Positions 30,295-41,860 of a stretch of 64,000 bases of DNA are shown one piece after another. Positions within the stretch are counted from its first letter, which is position 1, and every line of letters begins with the position of its first letter. Source of the DNA: an uncultured Actinomycetes bacterium. Lineage in GTDB: Bacteria; Actinomycetota; Acidimicrobiia; IMCC26256; PALSA-610. The DNA is taken from assembly GCA_963841195.1 (NCBI GenBank), contig CAWJBX010000010.1, positions 121,519 to 185,518 of the forward strand, given 5' to 3'. The notes beneath the pieces were generated by a model. That model did no database searches, was not told the DNA's origin, and saw only the letters and a program-made list of their open reading frames with translations. A program made the position numbers and the translations under genes.

Positions 30295-31559
30295 TCAACG
30301 TCGATTTTCGTGGCGGATGGCGGACGGAGTCAGCGACGTACCGTCGGCAGCCGTCGGAGCAGAACCAGTGCTCGACCCGTCGCCATCGATGTGCGCGCGG
30401 GCGCGTACGGCCTTTTCGACCTGCATCCCGCACGTCGGGTCGGTCGCGAACCGCTCCGTCGCATCGGCCCGGCCGGCGCGCGAGCCAGAACACCACCGCG
30501 AACAGGCCCGAGGAAGACGATGTTCAGGAACGTCGTGTAGTTCCACGCGAAGTGTTCCGGCACGACCGCTGCCGGGCCGATCGGTCGGCACCGCGCCGAA
30601 CAGTTGGAAGATGCCCTTCGACCTCGAGTCCCGCCGACGACATCACCGCCCAGAACGTCGACGAACAACCGCAGCGTGAGGCGCGGTGCCGTAGTACTTG
30701 CGGTAGATGAGCAGCAGCGGCAACGTGATCAGGTCGGCGAAGATGAAGCTGATCACGCCGCCGAACCCGATGCCGCCGTGCCACAGCGCGGCCGCCATCG
30801 GCACGTTGCCGATCGAGCACACGAAGCTGATGAACGCGATGAACGGTCCGATGCATCGACGTTCTCGAGCGACGTCCAGAAGCCGTGGCCGTGCAGGAAC
30901 AAGTCGTTCCACCACTCGACGGGCACGAGCACGGTGAGGAAACCGGCGACGAGATAGCCGATGACGAGCTCGCGCCGGACCATGCCGATGTCGGCCATCG
31001 TGAACGTGGCGGCGTCGCGACCAGCCGGCGCGGGTTTTCGATCGACCGCCGTCGTCGTGCACGTGCACCGTGTTCATCGGGTCGCGGCCGATCCGGGCTC
31101 GCGCGCCGCGTTCACGAGCCGCGGACGCGAACACGAAGCCGCCGACGAACGCGAGCACCGACGATCATGATCGGGCCGCCGACGAACTCGGCCACCGCGA
31201 ACTGCCAGCCCAGTCAACACGAGCAGCACGATGCCGAGCTCGATGACGAGGTTCGTCGACGCGAACATGAAGATCATCGCGGTCGTGAAGTCGGCGCCCT
31301 TCTGGAACAGCGACTTCGCCATCGCGGTCGCCGCGTACGAACAACTCGACGAGACCATGCCGAAGCCCGATGCGCGCAGCGACCGCGCCGGCCCGGTGAT
31401 CGCCCATCACGCGCTGCATGCTGCTCGCTTCGACACGAACGCCTGCACCGCGCCCGACAGCGTGAAGCCGAGCACCAGCGCCCACAGCGTCTCCCAGAAC
31501 ATGAAGAACGCTTCGCGCAGGCTGTCGCCGATGTCAGCGAGCGAGACGAACGCAATCAC
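30295..31559 (-). pseudogene. PF03773-type permease (Rv2963-like) with C-terminal YHS-like metal-binding motif, multiple frameshifts; 3' end uncertain
   Basis: GTG 31559 forms a GTGA overlap with the csoR stop. Blocks FFMFWETLWALVLGFTLSGAVQA, SSCSYAATAMAKSLFQKGADF and FVCSIGNVPMAAALW. C-terminal DPTCGMQVE...HWFCSDGC. Confidence 0.7.
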
Positions 31560-31846
31560 GACTTACGACCGACGAGCGCGCGATCGCGGCCGACGCCTCG
31601 GCGATCTTCTCCTCGCGCGGCCGCGCCGCCCTCGCCGAGCGCGTCGGCGACGCAGTGCGCGAGGTGCTCGTCGAGCAGCTCGAGCGCGACCGCCTGCAGC
31701 GCCTTCGTCGCCGCCGAGATCTGGGTCAGCACGTCGATGCAGTAGGCGTCGTCGTCGACCATGCCGCTGCACACCGCGCACCTGGCCCTCGATCCGGCGC
31801 AGCCGCTGCTGGATCGACGCCCTTCTTGTCGCGTGTATCCGGCCAT
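31556..31846 (-). CDS. csoR: CsoR/RicR-family copper-sensing repressor (ORF open but internally frame-scrambled)
   Basis: MVDDDAYCIDVLTQISAATKALQAVALELLDEHLAHCV in the ORF frame. The flanking conserved blocks SIQQRLRRIEGQVRGVQR and EEKIAEASAAIAR are in other frames. Confidence 0.8.
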   Translation of the reverse strand: MAGYTRQEGRRSSSGCAGSRARCAVCSGMVDDDAYCIDVLTQISAATKALQAVALELLDEHLAHCVADALGEGGAAARGEDRRGVGRDRALVGRKS

Positions 31847-31857
31847 GCCCGCCAGCT

Positions 31858-31874
31858 ATACCCCCGTAGGGTAT
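31858..31874. promoter_or_regulatory. candidate CsoR/RicR operator
   Basis: Perfect inverted repeat ATACCC-CCGTA-GGGTAT, 12 nt upstream of the csoR ATG, in the 69-bp divergent intergenic region. Confidence 0.6.
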
Positions 31875-31915
31875 CTAGTGACAAGGCCGGACGGCGATCT
31901 CTAGACTCCCGCGCG

Positions 31916-33066
31916 ATGGTCGAGACCGAGCCGCGAAGCCGCCAAGAAGGAACGCTGGATCGTTCTCGTGGAAGCACCTCTACTCCGAGGTCGTCACCTC
32001 GGGCCTGTGCACGGGCTGCGCCGGCTGCGTGATCGCGTGCCCGCACGACGTGCTCGGCTACGACGACAACGAACGGCGTCTACAAGCCGTTCCAGACTCG
32101 AAGACGAGTACGGCGGCCCGGGCGACTGCAGCCACGGCGACAAGGCGTGCACGTCGTGCACCCGCGCCTGCCCGCGCTTTCGGGCGTGGGAACCCGAGAT
32201 CGACAACTTCATGTTCGGCCGGGCCCGCGAGACCGAGGAGCTGAGCGGCGTCTTCAAGGACATCTGCCTCGCCCGCGCCGCCGACCCGCGAGCTCCACGA
32301 GGTCGGCCAGGACGGCGGTCTCGTCTCGGCCATGCTCGTGTACGCGCTCGAGCACGACATCATCGACGCCGCGCTCGTGTCGTACCTCGAAGGCGACGGC
32401 TCCACGTGGAAGGCGATCCCCGGCATCGCGCGCACGCGCGCCGACATCGTCGCGTCGGCCGGCAGCCGCTACACGTACTCCGCGAACACGCTCGCGTACA
32501 GGATCTCGAAAAGGAAGACGAGCGCATCGCGCTCGTCGGCATGTCGTGCCAGTCGTCGATCCCGCCGGTGATGAAGCAACGCAAGGCGGGCAAGGTCGCG
32601 CGCCGGCTCGCGCTGAGCATCGGCCTGCTGTGCTCGAAGACGTTCGACGACGCGATCTTCGAAGAGCTCTTCGAAGCGAAGTACGGCTTGAAGAAGGCCG
32701 ACATCAAGAAGATGAACATCAAAGGCGTCTTCCAGATCTGGATGAACAACGGCGACTACCACGAGGTGCCGCTGAAGGAGTGCCACCAGTGGACGCGTGA
32801 GGGCTGCAAGCATGTGCCCCGACTTCGCGGCCGAACACGCCGACATCTCGACCGGCGGGATCGGCAAGTACAACGACTGGACGCTCACGATCGTGCGCAC
32901 CGACGCCGGGCGCGAGCTGATGGAGCGGATGCTCGCCGACGGCGTCATCGAGACCCGCCCCGGCGACGACGATCCCGACGCGATCGCGCTGATGCACAAG
33001 CTGTCGCGGAAGTCGCGCAAGCGCTGGCCCGAGTTCGCGTTGCCCGAACCCCGGCTTGGCGTCTGA
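31916..33066 (+). pseudogene. FrhB/FdhB-family (coenzyme F420 hydrogenase/dehydrogenase beta-like) iron-sulfur flavoprotein, multiple frameshifts
   Basis: CTGCAGCVIACPHDV, ACTSCTRACPRF, GQDGGLVSAMLVYAL, ALVGMSCQS and CPDFAAEHADISTGGIG are read across three frames. Confidence 0.75.
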
Positions 33067-33359
33067 GTGCGCGTCGTCGCGCTCGACAACCGATCTCATG
33101 GACCGGTCGAAGCTCTCGGCCGCGATTCCCGACGTCGAGTTCAAGCTCGACGGACGACGCCGACGTCGTGATCGTCGACCTCGGCCGCGGCGTCGAACAG
33201 GTTGCGCGAGTCCGCGCGGCGCACCCCGGCGTGCGCATCGTCTGTACGGTCCCCACGTCGACGAACTTCGCCGCCGTCGACGCCGACGTCGTGTTGCCGC
33301 GCTCGCAGTTCTTCCGCGACCCCGCCGCCGCTGTGTTTGGACCGAACGCGCCCCTATAG
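33067..33359 (+). pseudogene. hypothetical protein (about 97 aa), frameshifted
   Basis: GTG directly follows the frhB-like stop (TGAGTG). The coding-like block DDADVVIVDLGRGVEQVARVRAAHPGVRIVCTVP is in a different frame from the start. Confidence 0.35.
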
Positions 33360-33380
33360 GGGCGGAAACCGTCCAAACAC
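33333..33380. repeat. nested palindromic intergenic element, copy B
   Basis: GTGTTTGGAC-cgaacgc-GCCCCT-at-AGGGGC-gga-AACCGTCCAAACAC lies between convergent genes (stops at 33359 and 33383). Same family as 10498-10543. Confidence 0.8.
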
Positions 33381-33382
33381 GC

Positions 33383-34110
33383 TTAGATCATCGGCCAGGG
33401 ATACGAGTGGTAGTCGCGGTCCGGCTCGGGCAGCTCGCCGGCCGCCAGCAGGTGCTCAGTACGGGCGCGCAGCGCGTCGATCTCGAAGCGGTCGAGCAAC
33501 TCGCCAAGCACCTCGCCGACGTCGCCCGTTCTGCAACGACTCCGAAAACGATGCAGATCGGTACACACACCGGGCTGGATCGCCTCGCCGGCGAAGTCCC
33601 AGATCACCGTGCGCAGCTTCCACTGCGCGTGGAACGAGACGCCGTGGTCGATGCCGAAGATGCGACCGTCGGCCAGCGCCCGCAGGCAGTGACCGCCTTT
33701 GCGGTCGGTGTTGTTGATCACGACGTCGAACACGGCCATCCGCCGGAAATCGTCGTCGTGCTCTCGACAGCAACGTGAAGTAGTGCTCTTCGGGATCGTG
33801 TTCGACGAAGCGCTGCATCATCCCGATGCCGGCGGGGCCGTCGCGCAAGACGGTGTCGGGAACGATGTCCCAGCCGAGCGCCTCCGACACTTCGAACGCC
33901 GCGACCTCGCGGTGGCACAGCGTGCCGCGCGGAAAGTCCCAGAGCGGCCGTTCGCCGCGCTGCGGCTTGTAGATCGCGAGCATCTCGTCGTCGCCGTCGG
34001 CTGAGATTGACGAGGAACGTCGCGTTCGACGACCACGGCATCCGGCCGAGCACGTCGACGTCGCCCTCGCGCAGCACGTCGCGCGCGCGCTCGTCGGAGA
34101 GGGTCATCAC
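33383..34110 (-). pseudogene. SCO1664-family PI3/4-kinase-like protein, frameshifted
   Basis: Blocks [30 protein letters not shown] and [13 protein letters not shown]...GIDHGVSFH lie in three ORF fragments. Confidence 0.75.
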
Positions 34111-34117
34111 GGACTCG

Positions 34118-34651
34118 TCAGTTCCAACGCGGACAGATGTGCCCGTCGGGATTCATCGGGAAGTCGCAGAGCGGACAGCGCGGCCGACCCGCCTTCGACC
34201 GCGGCGACGCCGTTGCGCATCATCGACGCGGATCTGCGCGCGCGTCGCGTAGAAGCGGGCGATGTGACCCTCGGCCTCGTCGGGCGGCGGCGGCGGATCT
34301 TCGTCGTCTTCTTCGGCCGCGTCTTCGCGCAGTTCGATCAGCACGAGATCGACGCTCGGAGTCGTAACCGATGCCGATGAGCCGGGCCCGGAACAGCGGC
34401 TCGTCTTCGCGACCGCGCCGCCGATCGACCTCGAGCGCGCTCGGCGGCTTCCTCGGGCTCCTCTTCGCGCGATGCGGTCGAGGAACTGCCGCGCCTCGAT
34501 CGCGAGCAGGCGCACCTGTTCCTTCTCGACGAGCACCGACAAGCACCGCGTCGCCCTTGCGCGCCTGGATCACGAACGTGCGCGCGCCCGGGTCACCGAA
34601 CGCACCCGCGGCGATGTCGTCGACCGGATCGAACTCGATGAGGTCAGTCAT
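34118..34651 (-). pseudogene. DUF3090 family protein, multiple frameshifts
   Basis: N-terminus MTDLIEFDPVDDIAAGAFGDPGARTFVIQARKGD. C-terminal zinc-ribbon-like CPLCDFPMNPDGHICPRWN. ATGA overlap with the upstream stop. Confidence 0.75.
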
Positions 34652-35349
34652 GGTGTCGCCTCGGTCGCCGGTGCTTCCGGCTCCGGCAGCAGATCGTCGA
34701 GCCCACCCGTGTCGTTGCACTTCACCATCATCACGCCATACGAATGAAAGTCGAACACGGTCACCGACGCGGGCGACACGTGCACGCGCTGGAACAGGTC
34801 GAGATGCATCCCGCTGTAGTGCGCGATCGCCGACTTGATCGGGTCGGCGTGGCTCACGACCACGATCGTCTCGTTCGGGTGTCGCGCGACGACCTCGTCG
34901 AGCGCGGCAACGGTGCGCGCCTGCATCTCGGTGATCGACTCGCCGTTCGGGAAGCGCGCCCGCGACGGCGCGACCTGCACGACTTTCCACTCGTCGGTCT
35001 TCGCCAGATCGGCGATCTTGCCGCCGGTCCAGTCGCCGTAGTCGGCTTCGATCACACCCGGCGAGCGGAACGACGTCGAGGCGTGCATGGCCGCGATGCG
35101 TTGCGCGGTCTGGGTCGTGCGTTCGATCGGGCTCGCGTAAACCGCGGCGATCGGAAGCTTCGCGAGCCGTTGCGCGGTCGCTTCGGCCTGACCGACACCC
35201 TTCTCGGACAGGTCGATTCCGGGCATGCGTCCCGACAGCAGCGGACCGGTGTGCGCGGTCACGGCGTGCCGCACGAGCACGAGCCGCGTCGGCGGCTTCG
35301 GCTTCTCTTTTTCGGTCGCGCGTTCGGGCGCGTCGGCAGCGTCGGTCAC
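34648..35349 (-). CDS. histidine-phosphatase (phosphoglycerate-mutase-like) protein, MSMEG_4193-type
   Basis: RLVLVRHAVTAHTG and VVSHADPIK motifs. Intact 233-aa ORF. Confidence 0.85.
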   Translation of the reverse strand: MTDAADAPERATEKEKPKPPTRLVLVRHAVTAHTGPLLSGRMPGIDLSEKGVGQAEATAQRLAKLPIAAVYASPIERTTQTAQRIAAMHASTSFRSPGVIEADYGDWTGGKIADLAKTDEWKVVQVAPSRARFPNGESITEMQARTVAALDEVVARHPNETIVVVSHADPIKSAIAHYSGMHLDLFQRVHVSPASVTVFDFHSYGVMMVKCNDTGGLDDLLPEPEAPATEATP

Positions 35350-35393
35350 GGCGATCCAGGATACCGGTCGCGCATCCCGTACGATCCCTCGCG

Positions 35394-35843
35394 ATGACCG
35401 ACATGAACCTTTCGCCCGGCTGGACCGCCCGAGACCATTCTCGACCCTGAACCCGACGACGCGCTCGACGCACTGCGCGCCGCGCTCGCCCAGCGTCGAC
35501 GGCCGGCGCGACGCGGTCGCCGACGTCTGCGCGCGCTGGCCGCGCTTCCTCGACGCGTGGGCACAGCTCGGACGCCTCGGGCGCGACGACGTCGAGGCGT
35601 ACGCGTACTTCCGCGTCGGCTATCACCGCGGACTCGATCGTCTGCGCCAGTCGGGGTGGCGCGGCTCCGGCTACGTGCGCTGGCGTTACGAGACGAACCG
35701 CGGCTTCCTTCGCGCGCTCGACGGGCTGCGTGCGAGCGCGGAAGCGATCGGCGAAGCCGACGAGGCCCAGCGCTGCGCCGAGTTTCTCCACCAGCTGGAC
35801 CCCGAGTGGGCGAACCGGGCGCGAGTAGCGTCTGCCGTACGCC

Positions 35844-35847
<4 letters not shown>
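35394..35847 (+). pseudogene. DUF3151 family protein, frameshifted
   Basis: YAYFRVGYHRGLDRLRQSGWRGSGYVRW...NRGFLRALDGL. The ATG 35394 frame differs from the main block. TGA 35847 overlaps the gmd GTG. Confidence 0.7.
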
Positions 35848-36837
<990 letters not shown>

Positions 36838-36976
36838 CAGCCGGCCTCGGCCGGAATGCGCGGCTTCCCTGGGAGGAGGGACGCCCACGACCGGATCTAT
36901 GAGACGTAATTGCCATGCCTTCGGCACCGGCCCTTTGCTCGCCGCAGGGCGTACCCGCTCTCTCGAGCGACGCGTG

Positions 36977-37960
36977 CTAGCGCACGACCGTGCGGCGGCT
37001 CGGGCCAGGGCGTGCTCGGCTTCGTCGACGATGCGCCGCACGACGTCACCCGCGGGATCGAGCGTCGTCGATCGCGCCGACGCCCTGCCCGGACGGGTAG
37101 CACTCCTTGTTCGGGTCGACGGCGGTGTTCTCGTCGCCACCGAGGTGCAACGCGTTCGCCTGCGACCGCCTTGCGCCATCTGCTCGGGGAACTTGCTCAG
37201 CTCCTCGGGGTGCTCCTCGATGTACTGCGTCCACTCGTTGCGCAACGCGCGCAACGTCTTGCCGGTGAACCCGCGGCTGATCACGGTGTCGTCCTCGTGC
37301 GCGCGCGAGCAGCGCGTCCTTGTAGCCCGAGACCGTGCGCGCTTCGGGGGTCGCGATGAAGCGGGTGCCGAGCCACACGCCGTCGGCGCCGAGCGTGATC
37401 GCGGCCGCGAGCCCGCGGCCGTCGAAGATGCCGCCCGCGGCGACGACGGGAACGCGTTCGCCGACCGCGTCGACGATCTGCGGAACGAGCGGCATCGTCG
37501 CGACCGTGCCCGTGTGACCGCCGGCTTCGGTTCCCTGCGCGATGACGAAGTCGCAACCGGCTTCGACCGCGGCGATCGCGTGCCGCACCTTGCCGCACAT
37601 GCTCGCGACGAGCACGTTGCCGTCGTGCAGCACCTTGATCACGTCACGCGGGACACCGAGCCCGGCGACGAACAACGACGCGCCGCCCTCGACGACCTTG
37701 TCGCGCGTCGTCGACCATCCGCTCGGGCAGCGCCGCGAGCAGGTCGACACCGAACGGCTTGTCGGTGAGCTTGCGCACGCCGCGCATCTCGTCGTCGAGT
37801 TGCTCGGACGACATCGTCGCCGCGCCGAGCGTGCCGAAGCCGCCGGCGTCCGACACCGCGGCGACGACGCGTGGTACGAGACACCGCCCATCCCGGCGAG
37901 CATCACCGGGTGCTCGATCGCCAGCAGCATCTCGGTGCAGTCGTGTGCGCATCCGGGCAC
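36977..37960 (-). pseudogene. nitronate monooxygenase (NMO/2-nitropropane dioxygenase family), multiple frameshifts; 3' end uncertain
   Basis: [28 protein letters not shown] and PVVAAGGIFDGRGLAAAITLGADGVWLGTRF are split over several frames. Confidence 0.8.
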
Positions 37961-37991
37961 GCTGTCCGATCCTAGCGAGTGTCATACGCTC

Positions 37992-38488
37992 GTGGGCAAG
38001 CCCGCCGTCGTTGGGCGTGATCATGGGCAGCGACTCCGACCTGCCCACGATGCAGGGCGCGATCGACGTGCTCGTCGAGTTCGGCGTCGCCTACGAGGTC
38101 CGCGTCGTCTCGGCGCACCGCACCCCCGACGTGATGTTCGAATACGCCCGCACGGCCGCCGACCGCGGCCTCGAGGTGATCATCGCGGGCGCCGGCGGCG
38201 CCGCCCATCTGCCCGGGCATGACCGCGTCGATGACGTCGCTGCCGGTGATCGGTGTACCCGTGCCGCTGCAACAACTCGACGGCCTCGACTCGTTGCTCT
38301 CGATCGTGCAGATGCCCGGCGGCATTCCGGTTGCCACCGTCGCGATCGGCAACGCCCGCAACGCCGGCCTCCTCGCGGTGCGCATTCTCGGCACGAGCGA
38401 CGAGAAGCTACGCACCGCGATGGAGCGTTACCAGGCCGACATCGCGCAGGCGGTACGCGACAAAGACGCTCGTCTCCGCGAGCAATAA
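37992..38488 (+). pseudogene. purE: 5-(carboxyamino)imidazole ribonucleotide mutase, two frameshifts
   Basis: [31 protein letters not shown] and [17 protein letters not shown]. The GTG 37992 frame and the frame after 38220 both differ from the central frame. Confidence 0.85.
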
Positions 38489-38491
38489 CTC

Positions 38492-41070
38492 CTACTCGCT
38501 GGCGATCGACTGCAAGATGTCGAGCTTGGCGGCTCGTCGCGCCGGCAGGATCGCGGCGATCACACCGAGAACGAACGCGATGACGACCAACAAGATCAGC
38601 GTCGGGACGCGGGCGAGAACTTCGTGATGCCCTGTCGTGCAGGCGCGCACGACGACCCATCCGAAGAAGAACGCCGATCACGATGCCGAGCGAACGTTCC
38701 GAACAACGCGATGATCACCGACTCCCATCGCATCATCGATCGCACCTGCCGGCGGCTCATCCCGACGGCCCGCAGCAGACCGACTTCACGCGTGCGTTCG
38801 TAGATCGAAAGCATCATCGTGTTGACGATGCCAATGACCGCAATGATGATGGCAAGGAACAGCAAGCCGTACACCAGAACCGACGAAACCGTTGACCTGC
38901 TTATTCTGGTCGGCCTTGTACTCGCGCGTTGTCCTGCAGCTTCGCGTTCGGGTAGTTCGCGAGCAGCGGGGTGATCGCCGCGCGTCCTTGTTCGGCGCTC
39001 ACGCCCGGCTTCAACTTTGCGTAGACCGCAACGTCGAGTTGCTGGTTGCCGGCGAAGTTCTGTTCGAAGCCCGCGATCGACATGATGTAGTTGAACCCAC
39101 CGCCGAGCGCGAGGTTGTCGACGCCGTAGATGCCTTCGACCTTCATCACTTGATGGCCGGTTTTCACGAACGTGACCGGGACTTGCGACCCGAGCGTCCA
39201 GTGTTCGTTGTCGGCCTTGGTCTTGGAAACGATCAACCCGTCGGGTGAGATCTCGTTGAGATTGCCGGCAACGAGATCGAGGTTGAAGAGTGACGCGCCG
39301 GCGGGATTGATTGCACCGACCGGCTGCACGCTCGTGCCGATTTCGAACTGCCCGACGCGAATCGGTGTCGACGTTTGGATCTGTGGCAGCGCGGCAATCC
39401 GGTCGCCCAGCGCCGGACTCAGGCCCGTGCCCCCGAACTGGCCGCCACTGTTCACGATGTAGTCGGCCTTGATCTGCGAATCGATCTGGTCGGCAAACGA
39501 TGCCTTCGTCGACGCGACCGTGATCGAAATGAACGCGACGAGCGCGACGCCGATCAACAACGCGGCCGCGGTGTTCGCAGTGCGCCGCGGGTTGCGGCCG
39601 ACGTTTTCGCGCGCAAGCTCGCCCGTGATCCCACGGAGCTTGGCGATGGGTTTGCCGATGCCGCGGCCGACGGCTTGCGCGTACAACGGTCCGCTCGCGA
39701 TGACGGCGACGAACACGAGGACCATGCCGATCGCGACAATGCCGAACTGCCCGGCGCCGAACAACCCGTAAAAGAGGATCACGAGGCCCACCGCGAGGAT
39801 CGCAAGCCCGATCACCAAACGGCGACCGCGGTTCAGCGGCTTTTCGATCGCGACGTCGCGCATTGCGGCGACCGGCGGAATGCGTGAACCGGTCAACGCC
39901 GGGAACAACGCCGAAAACACCGTAACGATGATGCCGAGCAGCATGCCGTAGATCACCGCGGCCGGCGGGACGGTCGCGCCCGAACCGGGGATGTCGACGC
40001 CGAGCACGCTGAGCAACGCTTTCAATCCGAGCGCGAGCAATACACCGAAGCCCACGCCGATCGCGGACGCGACGACGCCGACGGCCAGCGATTCACCGAG
40101 CACGGACGTCAGCACTTGGCGCGCGACTGCCTCCGATTGCGCGTAACAACGCCATCTCTCGGCTGCGCTGGGCGATGATGATGCTGAACGTGTTGTAGAT
40201 GATGAACGCACCGACGATGAGCGCGATCACACCGAACACGAGCAGGAAGGTGTTGAGGAAGCCGAGCGCTTTGGCGATATCGGACTGGTTCTCTTGGATG
40301 AGCTTGTGGCCCGTGACGACCTCGGCGCTCGTGGTCGGCGGCAACGCATTGCGAATGTTCGCGGCAAGTTGGTCTTGCGAAACGCCCGGCTGCGCCTTCA
40401 CGTTGATGTAGTCGAACTGGTTGGGCGCGTCGGCGATGCGCTGCGCCTCGGGCACGGTGAACAACACCACGCTCGCACCGGCGAGGTTGTCGGCATTTCC
40501 GAAGCGCGCGATACCGACGATCTCGTACTGCTTCGGCGGCTTGTTGGTGAGAACAGTCGCGCGTTGGCCAACGACGAAATGGCCCTTCTTCGCCGTGCCG
40601 CGGTCGATGACGATCTGGTCAGCAGATGCCGGCGGATTCCCACCCGGCACCAAGCGCCACGGACTCAGATCGGTGTTGCCGTTCCAACCGAACCCAAGCG
40701 TGGGCGCGCCCTGCCCCGGCCTTCCAACGGGCTTGCCGTTGGCCTGTTCGATCTGGGCGTAGTCGAGCTGCACGTTGCCCTCGACCGACTGCACGCCGGG
40801 CGCGCGCGCCACAACCGCCTCGAGCGACGCCGGAATCCGCGGGCGCGTGTCGCCGCCGAAACCTTGGTCGTTCTTGAACGCTTGTTGTCCGCGCACTTGA
40901 GCGTCGGTGTTCTTATAGATGTTCGTGATGAGGTCGTCGAACGTCGACTTGATCGTCGCCGTGAACACGAATGTTCCCGACACGAACGCGACACCGAGGA
41001 TGACGGCAATGCCGGTGAGCAAGAAGCGCACCTTGTGCGCCATGAGCCCTTTGATCGTTACCTTCCACAC
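38492..41070 (-). pseudogene. MacB/FtsX-type ABC transporter permease (two FtsX domains), frameshifted
   Basis: N-terminus VWKVTIKGLMAHKVRFLLTGIAVILGVAFV. Repeated FtsX motifs IIAQRSREMALLRAIG and SIYERTREVGLLRAVGMSRRQV. Three ORF fragments. Confidence 0.8.
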
Positions 41071-41075
41071 GGCGC

Positions 41076-41828
41076 TTACTCCCCGCCGATGGTGCGCATC
41101 TTGTCGAGCACCGCGTCGGTGCGCGGATCGCGCAGTTCGTCGACGACGTGGCCGTCGACGAGGAACACGACGCGGTCGGCATACGACGCGGCGCTCGGGT
41201 CGTGCGTGACCATCACGATCGTGGCGCCGAACTCTTTGACGGCCCGCTTCATGAACGTGAGGATCTCGCCGCCGGCGCGCGTGTCGAGGTTGCCGGTCGG
41301 TTCGTCGGCGAAGATGATCTCGGGCTGGCTCGCGAGCGCGCGTGCGACCGCGACGCGCTGCTGCTGACCACCCGACAACTCCGACGGCCGGTGTTGGAGG
41401 CGGCCCGTCAGACCCACAATCTCGACGACGTTGTCGAGCCATTGCTTGTTGGGCTGGCGGCCGGCGAGCGACAACGGCAGCGTGATGTTCTCCATCGCGG
41501 TCAGCGTCGGGATCAAGTTGTACGACTGAAAGATGAAACCGATGCGATCGCGGCGCAAACGCGTGAGTTCCTTCTCGTGCAACACGCTCAGGTCGACGTC
41601 GCCGAGAAACACGTGGCCTTCGGTGAGTTTGTCGAGACCCGCGAGGCAATGCAGCAGCGTCGACTTGCCCGAGCCCGACGGGCCCATGATCGCCGAGTAC
41701 TGGGCCTTGGCGAAATCGACGTTGACGCCGTCGAGCGCGCGTACCTCGGTGTCACCGCTGCCGTAGATCTTGCTGGCATTGACGGCACGCGCCGCGATCG
41801 TCGTTGTGGGGGGGAGTGTGGTCGTCAC
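41076..41828 (-). CDS. ABC transporter ATP-binding protein (MacB/LolD-type)
   Basis: Walker A GPSGSGKSTLL, signature LSGGQQQRVAVARAL, Walker B IIFADEPTGNLD. Intact ORF. Confidence 0.9.
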   Translation of the reverse strand: MTTTLPPTTTIAARAVNASKIYGSGDTEVRALDGVNVDFAKAQYSAIMGPSGSGKSTLLHCLAGLDKLTEGHVFLGDVDLSVLHEKELTRLRRDRIGFIFQSYNLIPTLTAMENITLPLSLAGRQPNKQWLDNVVEIVGLTGRLQHRPSELSGGQQQRVAVARALASQPEIIFADEPTGNLDTRAGGEILTFMKRAVKEFGATIVMVTHDPSAASYADRVVFLVDGHVVDELRDPRTDAVLDKMRTIGGE

Positions 41829-41860
41829 GGGGACAGGCTAGGGAACCGGGCCGGACCGGA

